Origin: Candidatus Bathyarchaeia archaeon
Lineage (GTDB): Archaea; Thermoproteota; Bathyarchaeia; 40CM-2-53-6
Length of the DNA stretch: 64,000 nucleotides
Direction: 5' to 3'
NCBI GenBank assembly: GCA_049517415.1
Contig: JBEKSC010000004.1
Coordinates: forward strand, 1-64,000
Below, in pieces: positions 39,772-49,300 of the stretch. The notes under the pieces are model-generated. The model searched no databases. It was not told the origin of the DNA and saw only the letters and a list, made by a program, of their open reading frames with translations. Position 1 is the stretch's first letter. Each line of letters opens with the position of its first letter. A program made the translations under genes and the position numbers.

Positions 39772-39972
39772 CGACTTTAGCTGAGTCCAACCCGCAAAGT
39801 TGCCTTCATCGGCTCCGGGGAAGCTAACCCGTCAAGCGCAGTCTCCGGCCTTCTGAGAGGTTACGTGATGGGAACTCCGCCTGTAACTTTGTTCAGCTGG
39901 TGTTCTCTGCCGTTTTCATCTTGGCTCGAGCGGGGCTTTATGCTGCAACCATCGAACGCTACGTCTAAGTCG
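39772..39972 (-). ncRNA. Candidate structured non-coding RNA of unrecognised family
   Basis: Nested complementary segments close the whole 200-nt gap (see findings). Strand is inferred from G-U compatibility and is uncertain. Confidence 0.45.
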
Positions 39973-39976
39973 CGTA

Positions 39977-40720
39977 TCATGTAGCAAGGAACTTGAAGGC
40001 GTAGTATAAGTTCCTCAGACGCAGCATGAAACTGAATTTGGTCCTTCCTTTGCGAAGCCGAAATCCAACTGGGATCTCGCGCACCCGCAAACCTTCTTTG
40101 AAGAGATTGACAAAGAGTTCCAACTCTATTTCGAACCCCGTCGAATGAATTTCGGGGTAGATTCGCTGAACCGAGTTCCTCGTGAATACCCAGTACCCGG
40201 TCTGGACATCCGTAAACAGGCGCCGGAACTTGGCGCCGAGCAAAAATGAGACCGTGACGTTGGAAGCGAAGCTTATCAAAGGCATCGAGTGTGCTTCTCT
40301 TGGCCCCCGGGTTCTTGAACCCAGAACCACATCAGCTTCACCCCTCTCGACGATCGTCATCATCTTTGGAAGCCACGACGGGTCGTTCGTCCCATCTCCA
40401 TCTATGATGCAGAGTACGTCTGCGTCTTCTTGGAGGAAATCTCGCATAGCCGTTCGGATGCCGCACCCTTTGCCTTTCCCGAAATCTTGTACAACAACTC
40501 TGACACCAGCTTCTTCCGCAATCTCTTCAGTCCGGTCAGTGCTCTTACCATCGACCACCATTATTCTCTCAAAGCCAGATGCTCGTGCTTCGGCGAGTAA
40601 TCCTTCGATAGCGTCTTCTTCGTTAAGAGTTGGAATCACAAGGAGCGCTTCGGTGAATAGGCTTGGATTAGCTTTTTGAGTTGAGCGCTGTGGGATCGCT
40701 TCAGAAGGATTACCAGCCAT
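39977..40720 (-). CDS. Glycosyltransferase family 2 (dolichol-phosphate hexosyltransferase-like)
   Basis: VIPTLNEE, VVDGKSTDRT, GKG, DGDG, GSR, TDVQTGY, FEIELE. Confidence 0.92.
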   Translation of the reverse strand: MAGNPSEAIPQRSTQKANPSLFTEALLVIPTLNEEDAIEGLLAEARASGFERIMVVDGKSTDRTEEIAEEAGVRVVVQDFGKGKGCGIRTAMRDFLQEDADVLCIIDGDGTNDPSWLPKMMTIVERGEADVVLGSRTRGPREAHSMPLISFASNVTVSFLLGAKFRRLFTDVQTGYWVFTRNSVQRIYPEIHSTGFEIELELFVNLFKEGLRVREIPVGFRLRKGRTKFSFMLRLRNLYYAFKFLAT

Positions 40721-41357
40721 GCGTGCCACAAACATTCTCATTCTAATTTGTATTCTAGTCACTCTTTACGCCTGGACATTAAGTCCCGCGGATGTCGATC
40801 GTTATCTTGCTTTCAACCTTAATAATTTGCAAGAGGGAAGAGTTTGGACGCTTGTCACAGCCATCTTCGTCCACGCCAGCATACTTCACATACTTGGAAA
40901 CATGATTTTCCTGTACGTTTTCGGAAATACTTTGGAAAGCGTGACAAACTCTCACAGAAAGATGCTCACCGCTTTCTTCCTAGGGGGCATACTTAGTTTT
41001 CCGCTAAGTTTACCATTCTTTCCACCTGGCACGAGCTTTGTCGGTGCTTCTGCCGCAATCTTCACGCTAACCGCCGTCGTCATGTTGACGAAACCTTTGA
41101 GATGGTCGTGGCTCTTGCTGATGCCCGTAGGGTTAGTTGCCATACTGTACTTCCTTTACAATGGGTTGGTGGTCTACTACCAACAGCAAAGTAATGTTGC
41201 CTACATCTCACACATCATAGGGTTCTCACTGGGGTTACCGCTCGGTATAGCTTGGAGCACGCAGTGGAAGAGGAACTTGCTGATTTCGATTGGGTTACTC
41301 GCCGTATACTTCCTGTTACTTTACTTCGTCACACATTACATCCTTCCGTCGCTTTAG
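40719..41357 (+). CDS. Rhomboid family intramembrane serine protease
   Basis: WTLVTAIFVHASILHILGNM, GASAA catalytic Ser, AYISHIIG catalytic His. Confidence 0.92.
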   Translation: MRATNILILICILVTLYAWTLSPADVDRYLAFNLNNLQEGRVWTLVTAIFVHASILHILGNMIFLYVFGNTLESVTNSHRKMLTAFFLGGILSFPLSLPFFPPGTSFVGASAAIFTLTAVVMLTKPLRWSWLLLMPVGLVAILYFLYNGLVVYYQQQSNVAYISHIIGFSLGLPLGIAWSTQWKRNLLISIGLLAVYFLLLYFVTHYILPSL

Positions 41358-41500
41358 GAAACTATAGACCGAACGACGTCACGGTCGGGCGAAATTCTTC
41401 GAGAACTTATCCTAATGCTTTCAAGATGACTTGGGTTTAAAAGATTAAAGAAAAAAGATTGAAGGGATTTTTCCGCAGCGGTCTGCTGCAATTTCGAATT

Positions 41501-42064
41501 TTAGTACCGGTCGCGTCCGCGGCCTCTGCCGCCGTAGCCGCCTCTACCCCGGCCTCCACCATACCCGCCGCCACCCCCACCGCCACCGCGGCCGTAACCT
41601 CCGCCGCCGCGCCCGTAGCCTCCGCCGCCTCCGCCGTAGCGTCTTCCGCCGCCGAAGGAGCGGTAAGGTCTTTCTTCTTCAACGAGCTTGTCGGAAAGGT
41701 TGTTCTGTGTGTTCACGTCGCCGAGGGGAGTTTCTGCTGGCTCTAGGGTACCGTAACGGCCTATGTTAAGGCGCATCGAACCCTTGAAGGGTCTTACGTA
41801 CCCGTTCTTGACGTTCACTGAGTCGCCCTCATTCACTTTGTCAATGTTGTCGTCCCAAAGGGTCATGTAGATTGCACCGGTATCGTCTCCAACAAGTGCG
41901 TCCAACACGCGATGTGTTGTCCCGTCTTGTCGGGAAACGGTTTCCCGTGCTTCGCCCTTCTGGACAACCTTGACGGTTGTATTGACTTGCTTCGAGTAGG
42001 GGCCAAGTTCGCTAACTTTTACAGGTGGTGCCGAAACGCCGGCTGCTTGTCCTTCTTCTGACAT
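41501..42064 (-). CDS. Single OB-fold single-stranded DNA-binding protein with Gly/Arg/Tyr-rich tail
   Basis: VGDDTG.I.MTLWDD, VKNGYV..FKG..RLNIGRYG; RGG/YGG C-terminus. Confidence 0.88.
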   Translation of the reverse strand: MSEEGQAAGVSAPPVKVSELGPYSKQVNTTVKVVQKGEARETVSRQDGTTHRVLDALVGDDTGAIYMTLWDDNIDKVNEGDSVNVKNGYVRPFKGSMRLNIGRYGTLEPAETPLGDVNTQNNLSDKLVEEERPYRSFGGGRRYGGGGGGYGRGGGGYGRGGGGGGGGYGGGRGRGGYGGRGRGRDRY

Positions 42065-42249
42065 TTTCAAGTCGACTTCTGTTCAAACGGTGAAACCTCA
42101 ACAGGGCCGCGGCAGTCTTAAGCGTTATGATTCATCAGGCTGACCTGACACAAAGAATACCATAGACGTGTTCGTATAGCCCCTCTCTCAGAATCGGCTC
42201 ATTCTTGGTTAGGGTAACCAGTTTTCCTTTGCGCCAGGAAGGAAGATGA

Positions 42250-43032
42250 TTAGATGAGTCTTCCAAGGTCGTCTACTGTTTCGAATACGGCGTCGGGTTT
42301 GATTCTTGAAAGCTTGATCGTTTCTCGTGTCTCCACTCCGGTAAGAACTAGAATTGTGTGTACGCCAGCCTTGCGGGCTCCCAGGACGTCGGTTTCTATT
42401 TGGTCTCCAATCATAACGGCGTGAGAAGGTCTTTCGCATGCTAGTTGAAGTGCCAGCTGGAACATTCGCGGCGACGGTTTACCGATCATAATCGCCCTCT
42501 TGTTCGACCCGTACTCCAACGCCTTGATGATCGGCCCCGCTGAAAGCGCAGGCCCATGGTCACTCATGTAAACCGCGCCACCGTAGCTGCCGACTAGCTT
42601 AGCCCCTTCACGTAGGAATCTGAGGGCATCGTCCAATTTTTCATATGTCAATTTTCTGTCGAAACCGACTACCACAACCTGAGGCTCGGTCTCTGAAACT
42701 TGATGGCCTGCTGTTTCAAGTTCGCGTTTCAACCCGTCCTCGCCAACTAGGAAAAACGACGCTTTTCCAAACTTTCGGGTGAGGTAATTCGCCGTGAGGA
42801 AACTTGATGTTAGTATATCGTCCACGGCGAATGCGAAGCCTAGGTTCGCTAGGTTTTGTTGAATCTCTTGCCGCGTGTGTGTCGAGTCGTTTGTAAGAAC
42901 GAGCGCCTTCTTTCCTAGAGCCTTGATCTTCTCTACAACTTCACGGCCACCCAAATAGCGTGGGGTTTCCTTTCCGATTGAGAGCACACCGTCAAGGTCA
43001 AAGAAGAAGACCTTCATTGAACTTAGCTTCAT
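42250..43032 (-). CDS. HAD-IIA family hydrolase (NagD-like)
   Basis: FDLDGVL, LTN, IGKP, MIGDQIETD, LVLTG. Confidence 0.93.
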   Translation of the reverse strand: MKLSSMKVFFFDLDGVLSIGKETPRYLGGREVVEKIKALGKKALVLTNDSTHTRQEIQQNLANLGFAFAVDDILTSSFLTANYLTRKFGKASFFLVGEDGLKRELETAGHQVSETEPQVVVVGFDRKLTYEKLDDALRFLREGAKLVGSYGGAVYMSDHGPALSAGPIIKALEYGSNKRAIMIGKPSPRMFQLALQLACERPSHAVMIGDQIETDVLGARKAGVHTILVLTGVETRETIKLSRIKPDAVFETVDDLGRLI

Positions 43033-43248
43033 TCTACTTCCCCATTCTCCAACTTATTCGATTGTATGGCAAGATAGTAATTTTCGCCCATCGAAGGGCT
43101 TGAAACTCGGGTCTTGTTGGACCTGTTGCTAAGTAAACATTATTTTGTAAGAAACGGGCTGTGTCTGGTTCGGTTTTGACACGTAGTGCGTACTTAATCA
43201 TACATGTCAATTGCAATTGAGGGTGTGGTAACTTGAGACATGTAGCTG

Positions 43249-45852
43249 TTGTTTTCGATGAGAGTCTGGTCGATATTAACAGCGCTCCTAATGGTATCTT
43301 TACTGATTATCTCAAGCTCTGCCGTTTCACCAGTTAAGGCTACGGCGGTGTGGAGGGATATCACACCCGCGGCCTACCTTAATCCCCCGCAGGATCCGGT
43401 CTTGGGGGCCGTGTACATGTTTCCGCCGGACTCTAGTTCACCTGAAGAAGGATGGGCTATTGGAACAATCCAAGCACCGACCAATGCTGACACGAGTTTG
43501 CCCGCGATATTCCACTACGACGGTTCGTTCTGGAACCCGGTTCCTGCACCGAGGATCCCGGCCTTTCCAGCCTTACAGTGTCCGTACAACTTGAATGGGT
43601 TGAGCTTCGGCCCACCAAACCAACCCATTAGTAAGAATGATGGGTGGGCCGTTGGTCAGTTAGTGTTCATTGACGATGTGCATGCGCAGGTGATTACCAC
43701 GAACACCGAATGTGAAGCACATAACGCGACAGCGATTCATTGGGACGGTGTTGCTTGGAGGCCTGAGCTGTCAGGGTTATCCGGGTTCGAAGCTGGAACA
43801 CTTAACTCAGTTTTCATGGTAAGCCCGACTGATGTCTGGGCGGTGGGGCAAGATCAAGGAGGTTGCCCGACTTGTCATGGGACGGTTTGGCATTGGACAG
43901 GAGTCCCAGGCCTCGGCGGTGGTTGGAACCTTGTATATACCGATCCGACACTAAATTCCGTTTTAGATTCCGTTTTCATGGTAAGCTCAACGGAGGGATG
44001 GGCTGTCGGCCGGGACGGCACTATACTCCACTATTTCGGTGGGACATGGACACCTTTTCCTTCCCCGTTCCCCACATCAGTATGCGTCATATCATGCGAA
44101 CTATTCTCTGTTTACATGATCAGTCCCACGGAGGGCTGGGCGACCGGAGTTCGAGGACTCATAATCCATTACAGCCAGGGAATATGGTCTGGCCCCGTAA
44201 GCCCCGGGATAACTACCGACGATTTGTTCTCGGTTTTCATGGTTTCGTCTGGAGAAGGTTGGGCTACGGGAGGAGGAATCCTAACGGAAACAAGTGCAAC
44301 AATACTTCATTATACTGGAGGCGTTTGGACCCAACTGCCCGTCAATCTGCTTCCATTCTCCCCGACCGTCGATTTCAGTCTCAACTCTGTGTACTTCACT
44401 ACCCCCACCGATGGTTGGGCTGTCGGCGGTTTCGGGTTGATCATTCATTTCGATGGAAGTAACTGGGGATCGATAACCAGCCCAACTACAAACAATTTCA
44501 CATCCGTTAATTTCGGTCCACCATTGATTGGGCCAATAAACCCGAATGATGGTTGGGCGGTTGGAAACGTTTCGTTAACCGCGCCAACCGAACCGACCAT
44601 CTACCACTGGAACGGATTCGCGTGGACTAAGGGCATCACGATTGGAGTATCGAATGATTTGAACAGCGTATTCATGCTCAATGGGGGAGACGTCTGGACT
44701 GTTGGCGGCGGCCCACATTCTACGGCATCATGTCCCGCAACGCCTATCGCCCTGTGCCCAGTCATACTGCACTTTACGGGCGGCGCGTGGAATACCGTAA
44801 CCCCGCCCCCGGGCACTTACCGACTCAAATCAATATTCATGGTGACTTCGACCGAAGGATGGGCAGTTGGTGAACAAGCTGGTTCCACGGGAATTATTCT
44901 TCACTATACTGTAACTGGTGGCGTTGGAACTTGGGGCATATTTCCTTCGGCCTCTACGATCAGCGGCTTAAATTCGGTCTTCATGCTCAGCCCCTTCGAA
45001 GGATGGGCTGTGGGTGACAATCAGACAATCTTGCATTACACTGTCACAGGCGGAGTCGGAACCTGGAACCCGGTGACGGTTAGTGGAACGCCAACATTGT
45101 CCGGCGACGCGAATCTCACATCAGTCTTCATGTTGAGCACAACAAGTGGTTGGGCTGTGGGAGGAATTCAGGCGGGCAGCTCATCATCCGCTGGCCCAGT
45201 AATCTTGTATTGGGATGGTACAAAATGGACCCAAGTGGCAACGCCGACAATCCCCGGCGGGATTTCGCCAACAGGTCACACAAGCGCCACATTGAAATCC
45301 GTATTTTGTTCGGGACCGAATGATTGTTGGGCATCCGGTCTGCCAGGCAAAATTTTCGCTACCCTCTTCCATTGGGACGGCGTAACGTGGACGAATATTC
45401 CAACAATGCCTGCGTTGCTCGGACAGGTTCCGCCAATCCTAACTTCAATTTACATGACTGGCCCTGACACTGGTTGGATCGTTGGGTCGGCCCCTGAATT
45501 TCCGTCAATTCTCGCCCAAGATTTTTCCGTTGGCGGGACCGCAGCCCTCTCAACGATGCTTCGCGCAGCACCATTTGTCGTATTTCAGACAGCAACAAAC
45601 ACCGTAACTTCAATCGTGACAACTCAAACTACTTCCTTGACAGGAGTGGCAACATCCGTCAACACATTTTTCACAACCGTCACAAGCACAAACACAACGG
45701 TCGGGCCTCCTGCACCTGGTGGGGCTTTAGTTCCTGTAATTGTGGCAATCGTTCTAACGCTCATTCTCGGCTTGTTAGCAGTATTCTATTTCTTAACGCG
45801 AAGACGACCCAGACGCCCAGTGATACTTTACCCGATTCCGAGAAGACCCTAG
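43249..45852 (+). CDS. Secreted, C-terminally membrane-anchored repeat protein, probable beta-propellers (paralog 1)
   Basis: Signal peptide, about 14 repeats of L.SVFM.S..EGWAVG...ILH(Y/W).G..W, Thr-rich linker, TM helix, basic tail. Confidence 0.85.
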   Translation: MFSMRVWSILTALLMVSLLIISSSAVSPVKATAVWRDITPAAYLNPPQDPVLGAVYMFPPDSSSPEEGWAIGTIQAPTNADTSLPAIFHYDGSFWNPVPAPRIPAFPALQCPYNLNGLSFGPPNQPISKNDGWAVGQLVFIDDVHAQVITTNTECEAHNATAIHWDGVAWRPELSGLSGFEAGTLNSVFMVSPTDVWAVGQDQGGCPTCHGTVWHWTGVPGLGGGWNLVYTDPTLNSVLDSVFMVSSTEGWAVGRDGTILHYFGGTWTPFPSPFPTSVCVISCELFSVYMISPTEGWATGVRGLIIHYSQGIWSGPVSPGITTDDLFSVFMVSSGEGWATGGGILTETSATILHYTGGVWTQLPVNLLPFSPTVDFSLNSVYFTTPTDGWAVGGFGLIIHFDGSNWGSITSPTTNNFTSVNFGPPLIGPINPNDGWAVGNVSLTAPTEPTIYHWNGFAWTKGITIGVSNDLNSVFMLNGGDVWTVGGGPHSTASCPATPIALCPVILHFTGGAWNTVTPPPGTYRLKSIFMVTSTEGWAVGEQAGSTGIILHYTVTGGVGTWGIFPSASTISGLNSVFMLSPFEGWAVGDNQTILHYTVTGGVGTWNPVTVSGTPTLSGDANLTSVFMLSTTSGWAVGGIQAGSSSSAGPVILYWDGTKWTQVATPTIPGGISPTGHTSATLKSVFCSGPNDCWASGLPGKIFATLFHWDGVTWTNIPTMPALLGQVPPILTSIYMTGPDTGWIVGSAPEFPSILAQDFSVGGTAALSTMLRAAPFVVFQTATNTVTSIVTTQTTSLTGVATSVNTFFTTVTSTNTTVGPPAPGGALVPVIVAIVLTLILGLLAVFYFLTRRRPRRPVILYPIPRRP

Positions 45853-46342
45853 GGCCACCTGACCGCGTTTGAGTCGCAAGACAACTCCGAAACTTGGGAG
45901 CCAAAGGACCGAATGTAAACCAAACCGGGAAGAACGTGTTTTGAAAAAGTAGCTTGTTTGTCTAACGTGATTCTGGCGACTGTTTCCAAGTCGACTTGAA
46001 CAAGCGGCAGAAATTTTGAGCGCTCAAAACCTCGAAAAGAATCTCTCCAAGTCGCGAATATGGAGCTCTGATGGGATTTTTTTCAAGCAGATAGGCGCAC
46101 TGAGTGCTCGAACCAACTTCGATTGATGCTAGTACTCGGCATTAATGACAACGGCGATTAGAACTCAACATTTTGCATGGCACTTTATTTTTTTCCATAA
46201 CATAAATGCTGAACCATAATAACTTAATTTCTCGCCGCTTTTGCTTTGAAAAGGATGATTCGAGACCATTTTAATAGGAACGGTTGAGTTTTGAACGGTT
46301 TGAACGAAAAGGACGATTACACTAGACTAGGCGATAGGCTAC

Positions 46343-49300
46343 ATGGTTAAGATGTCTCAAAAAATAGTCCTATCGCTCTTGATTATTCAGTTTGCCATAT
46401 CAGGCCTCGTTGTTGCGACCCCGGTCGCAGCGAATGGAACGTTCGGTGTCACCCTAGCCTCAAGCTGCGGATCCGCCGGCGGGTCCGTGAAATTTGGTCC
46501 TTACGGAGTCGTCAACGTCGGCCAGACAATAAGTGTGGTTCTTGGAACGTACTCGCTTCAGTACATACCCAACGCTGGTTACGCGTTCCATTCTTGGTCG
46601 ACCACGGGAGGCCTTTTCGTCGCCTCATCAAACAGTCCTAGCACTACATTGCAAGTTGGGGGGACAGGCACCCTAACGGTAAACTGCGGCACCCAAACAA
46701 CGACCACGACGACTTCAACTACGACGATTTCAACAACTACGACGCCTCCAACGACTACTGCTACGACTACGACGCCTCCGACGACGACTTCAACTACTAC
46801 GAAACCTCCAACGACGACTTCAACTACTACGAAACCTCCAACGACGACTTCAACAACTACGACGCCTCCAACGACTACTGCTACGACTACGACGCCTCCG
46901 ACGACGACTTCAACTACTACGAAACCTCCAACGACGACTTCAACAACTACGAAACCTCCAACGACGACTTCAACAACTACGACGCCTCCGACGACGACTT
47001 CAACAACCACGTCGTCTTCGGCTCCATCAACGGTGACCGTAACCATCACTAACACTCAGACCTCAGTCTCCGTGACAACTGTGACTGTTACTGCTGCGAG
47101 TACCGCGTCAGCGACTGTGACCAACACTGTTACTTCTTCAACGACCATCACGACCACGAATACTAAATCAACGACCAGCATCCTTACTGCCGCTACCTTT
47201 ACGACGACTCCGACTACAACTGCTGCGACTGTTACTACGACGCCCACTACGACTGCGGCGACTGTGACGGCTACTCGGACAGCTTCTACTGCTACGATTA
47301 CTTCGACTTCCACGGGTTCGACTGTAACGACGACTCCTACTCAGACTGCTTCCGTGGTGACAACTACGCCTACTACGACGGCTGCCACGGTAACGACGAC
47401 GCCCACTACGACTGCAGCCATTGTAACTACAACGCCGACCCAGACAGCGTCTGCAGTAACAACAACTCCAACTACGACGGCGTCTACCCAGAGCGTTACC
47501 GTAACTACGACGGCGGCTACTCAATCTGTCACTTTGACTTCAACCGCGTCGTCTACTACGACTGAGGTTGCTACTTCGACGGTGACCACTTCGCTTTCAG
47601 GAGCTTTGACCACGTATACGACTACGATTAGTTCTACGGTTCCGTCTACGACTGTGAGTTTGTCTACGGTTGCTACAACTTTGTCTGGTGCTTCGACTTC
47701 GTATACGACTACGATTAGTTCGACGATTCCGTCGACGACTCTGAGCCTGTCGACGATTACTACGACGTTATCTGGTGTTTCAACTACGTATACGACGACG
47801 ATCTCTTCGACTGTTCCTTCGGCTACTGTGAGTTTGGCTACGGTTACTACGACGTTGTCTGGTCAGTTGACGACTTATACGACGACGGTTGTTTCGGTGG
47901 TGCCTTCGACGACTGTGAGCTTATCCACGGTTACTACGACGGTGTCTGGTACGTTGACTACGTATACGACGACGATCAGGTCGACTGTTCCTTCGACTAC
48001 TGTGAGTTTGTCGACGGTTGCGACTAGGTTGTTTGGTACTGAGACTACGTATACGACTACGATTAGTTCAACGATTCCGTCGACGACTGTGAGTTTATCC
48101 ACGGTTACGACTTCGGTTTCGGGTCAGTTGACTACGTATACGACGACGGTTACTTCGTTGGTTCCTTCTACGACTGTGAGTTTGTCTACGGTTACGACGG
48201 CGTTGTCTGGTGTTTCGACTACGTATACGACTACGGTTCCTGTGACGGTTCCGTCTACTACGGTTGCTACTGAGACAACTTCAACTGCGTTGTCGGGTGC
48301 GACTACGACTTATACGACTACGCTTTCATCTACGATTCCTTCGACGACCGTGAGCTTGTCGACGGTTACTACGACTTCGTCTGGTGAGTCGACGGTTTAC
48401 ACGACTACGGTTTCGTCTACGGTTCCTTCGACGACTGTGACTTCGTTGACGACGTTTACTACGAGTGTTCCGACTACCGTAACTTCTACGGTTAGCACGG
48501 TTACTTTTCCGACCAGTACTCGGACTGTTCTCACTACCTATACGACTAGTGTTCCGACTACGGTTACATCTACAGTATCTACAGCTACAGCCACGCTTCA
48601 CACTACGACTAACACGGTGTTGACGACTTATACGGCGACGATTACTTCGGCTGTTCCGTCTACTACAGTTTCGTTGTCGACGGTTACGACGGCTTTGTCT
48701 GGTGTTTCGACTACGTATACAACTACGATCTCGTCTACGGTTCCGTCTACTACGGTTGCTACTGAGACGACTTCGACTGCGTTGTCGGGTGCGACTACGA
48801 CCTACACGACGACGATTAGTTCTACGGTTCCGTCTACGACTGTGAGCTTATCGACGGTTACGACGGCGTTGTCTGGTACTTCGACTACGTATACTACCAC
48901 GATCTCTTCGACTGTTCCTTCGGCTACTGTGAGCCTGTCGACGGTTACGACTACGTTGTCGGGTCAGTCGACGACTTATACGACTACGATTAGTTCAACG
49001 ATTCCTTCGACGACTGTGAGCTTGTCAACGGTTAGTACGATTTTGTCTGATGCTTCGACCGTTTATACGACTACGTTGTCATCTACGATTCCTTCGACGA
49101 CTGTGAGCCTGTCGACGATTACTACGACGTTGTCTGGTGCTTCGACTACGTACACGGCGACGATTACTTCGACGATTCCGTCTACGACTCTGCTCTACAT
49201 TACGGTTACTACGACGTTGTCTGGTCGGTCTACGACTTATACGGCGACGCATGTTTCGACTGTTCCGTCTACGACTCTGCTTGAAATTACGGTTACTACG

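Noticed and set aside
39864..39912. Resemblance to a fluoride riboswitch (GTGATGGGAAC...GCTGGTGTTCTC)
   Set aside because: P1 pairing and the second GAUG are imperfect, and on that strand it faces a convergent gene end. Better treated as part of the larger structure.
39772..39972. SRP RNA or RNase P RNA
   Set aside because: The conserved SRP helix-8 and RNase P CR-I/CR-V sequences were not found on either strand.
41437..41746. Ala-rich ORFs
   Set aside because: Alternate-frame and antisense products of the SSB Gly-rich tail.
46730..47010. CRISPR-like periodic repeats
   Set aside because: Units are contiguous, in frame and lack unique spacers; no cas genes. It is a coding tandem repeat.
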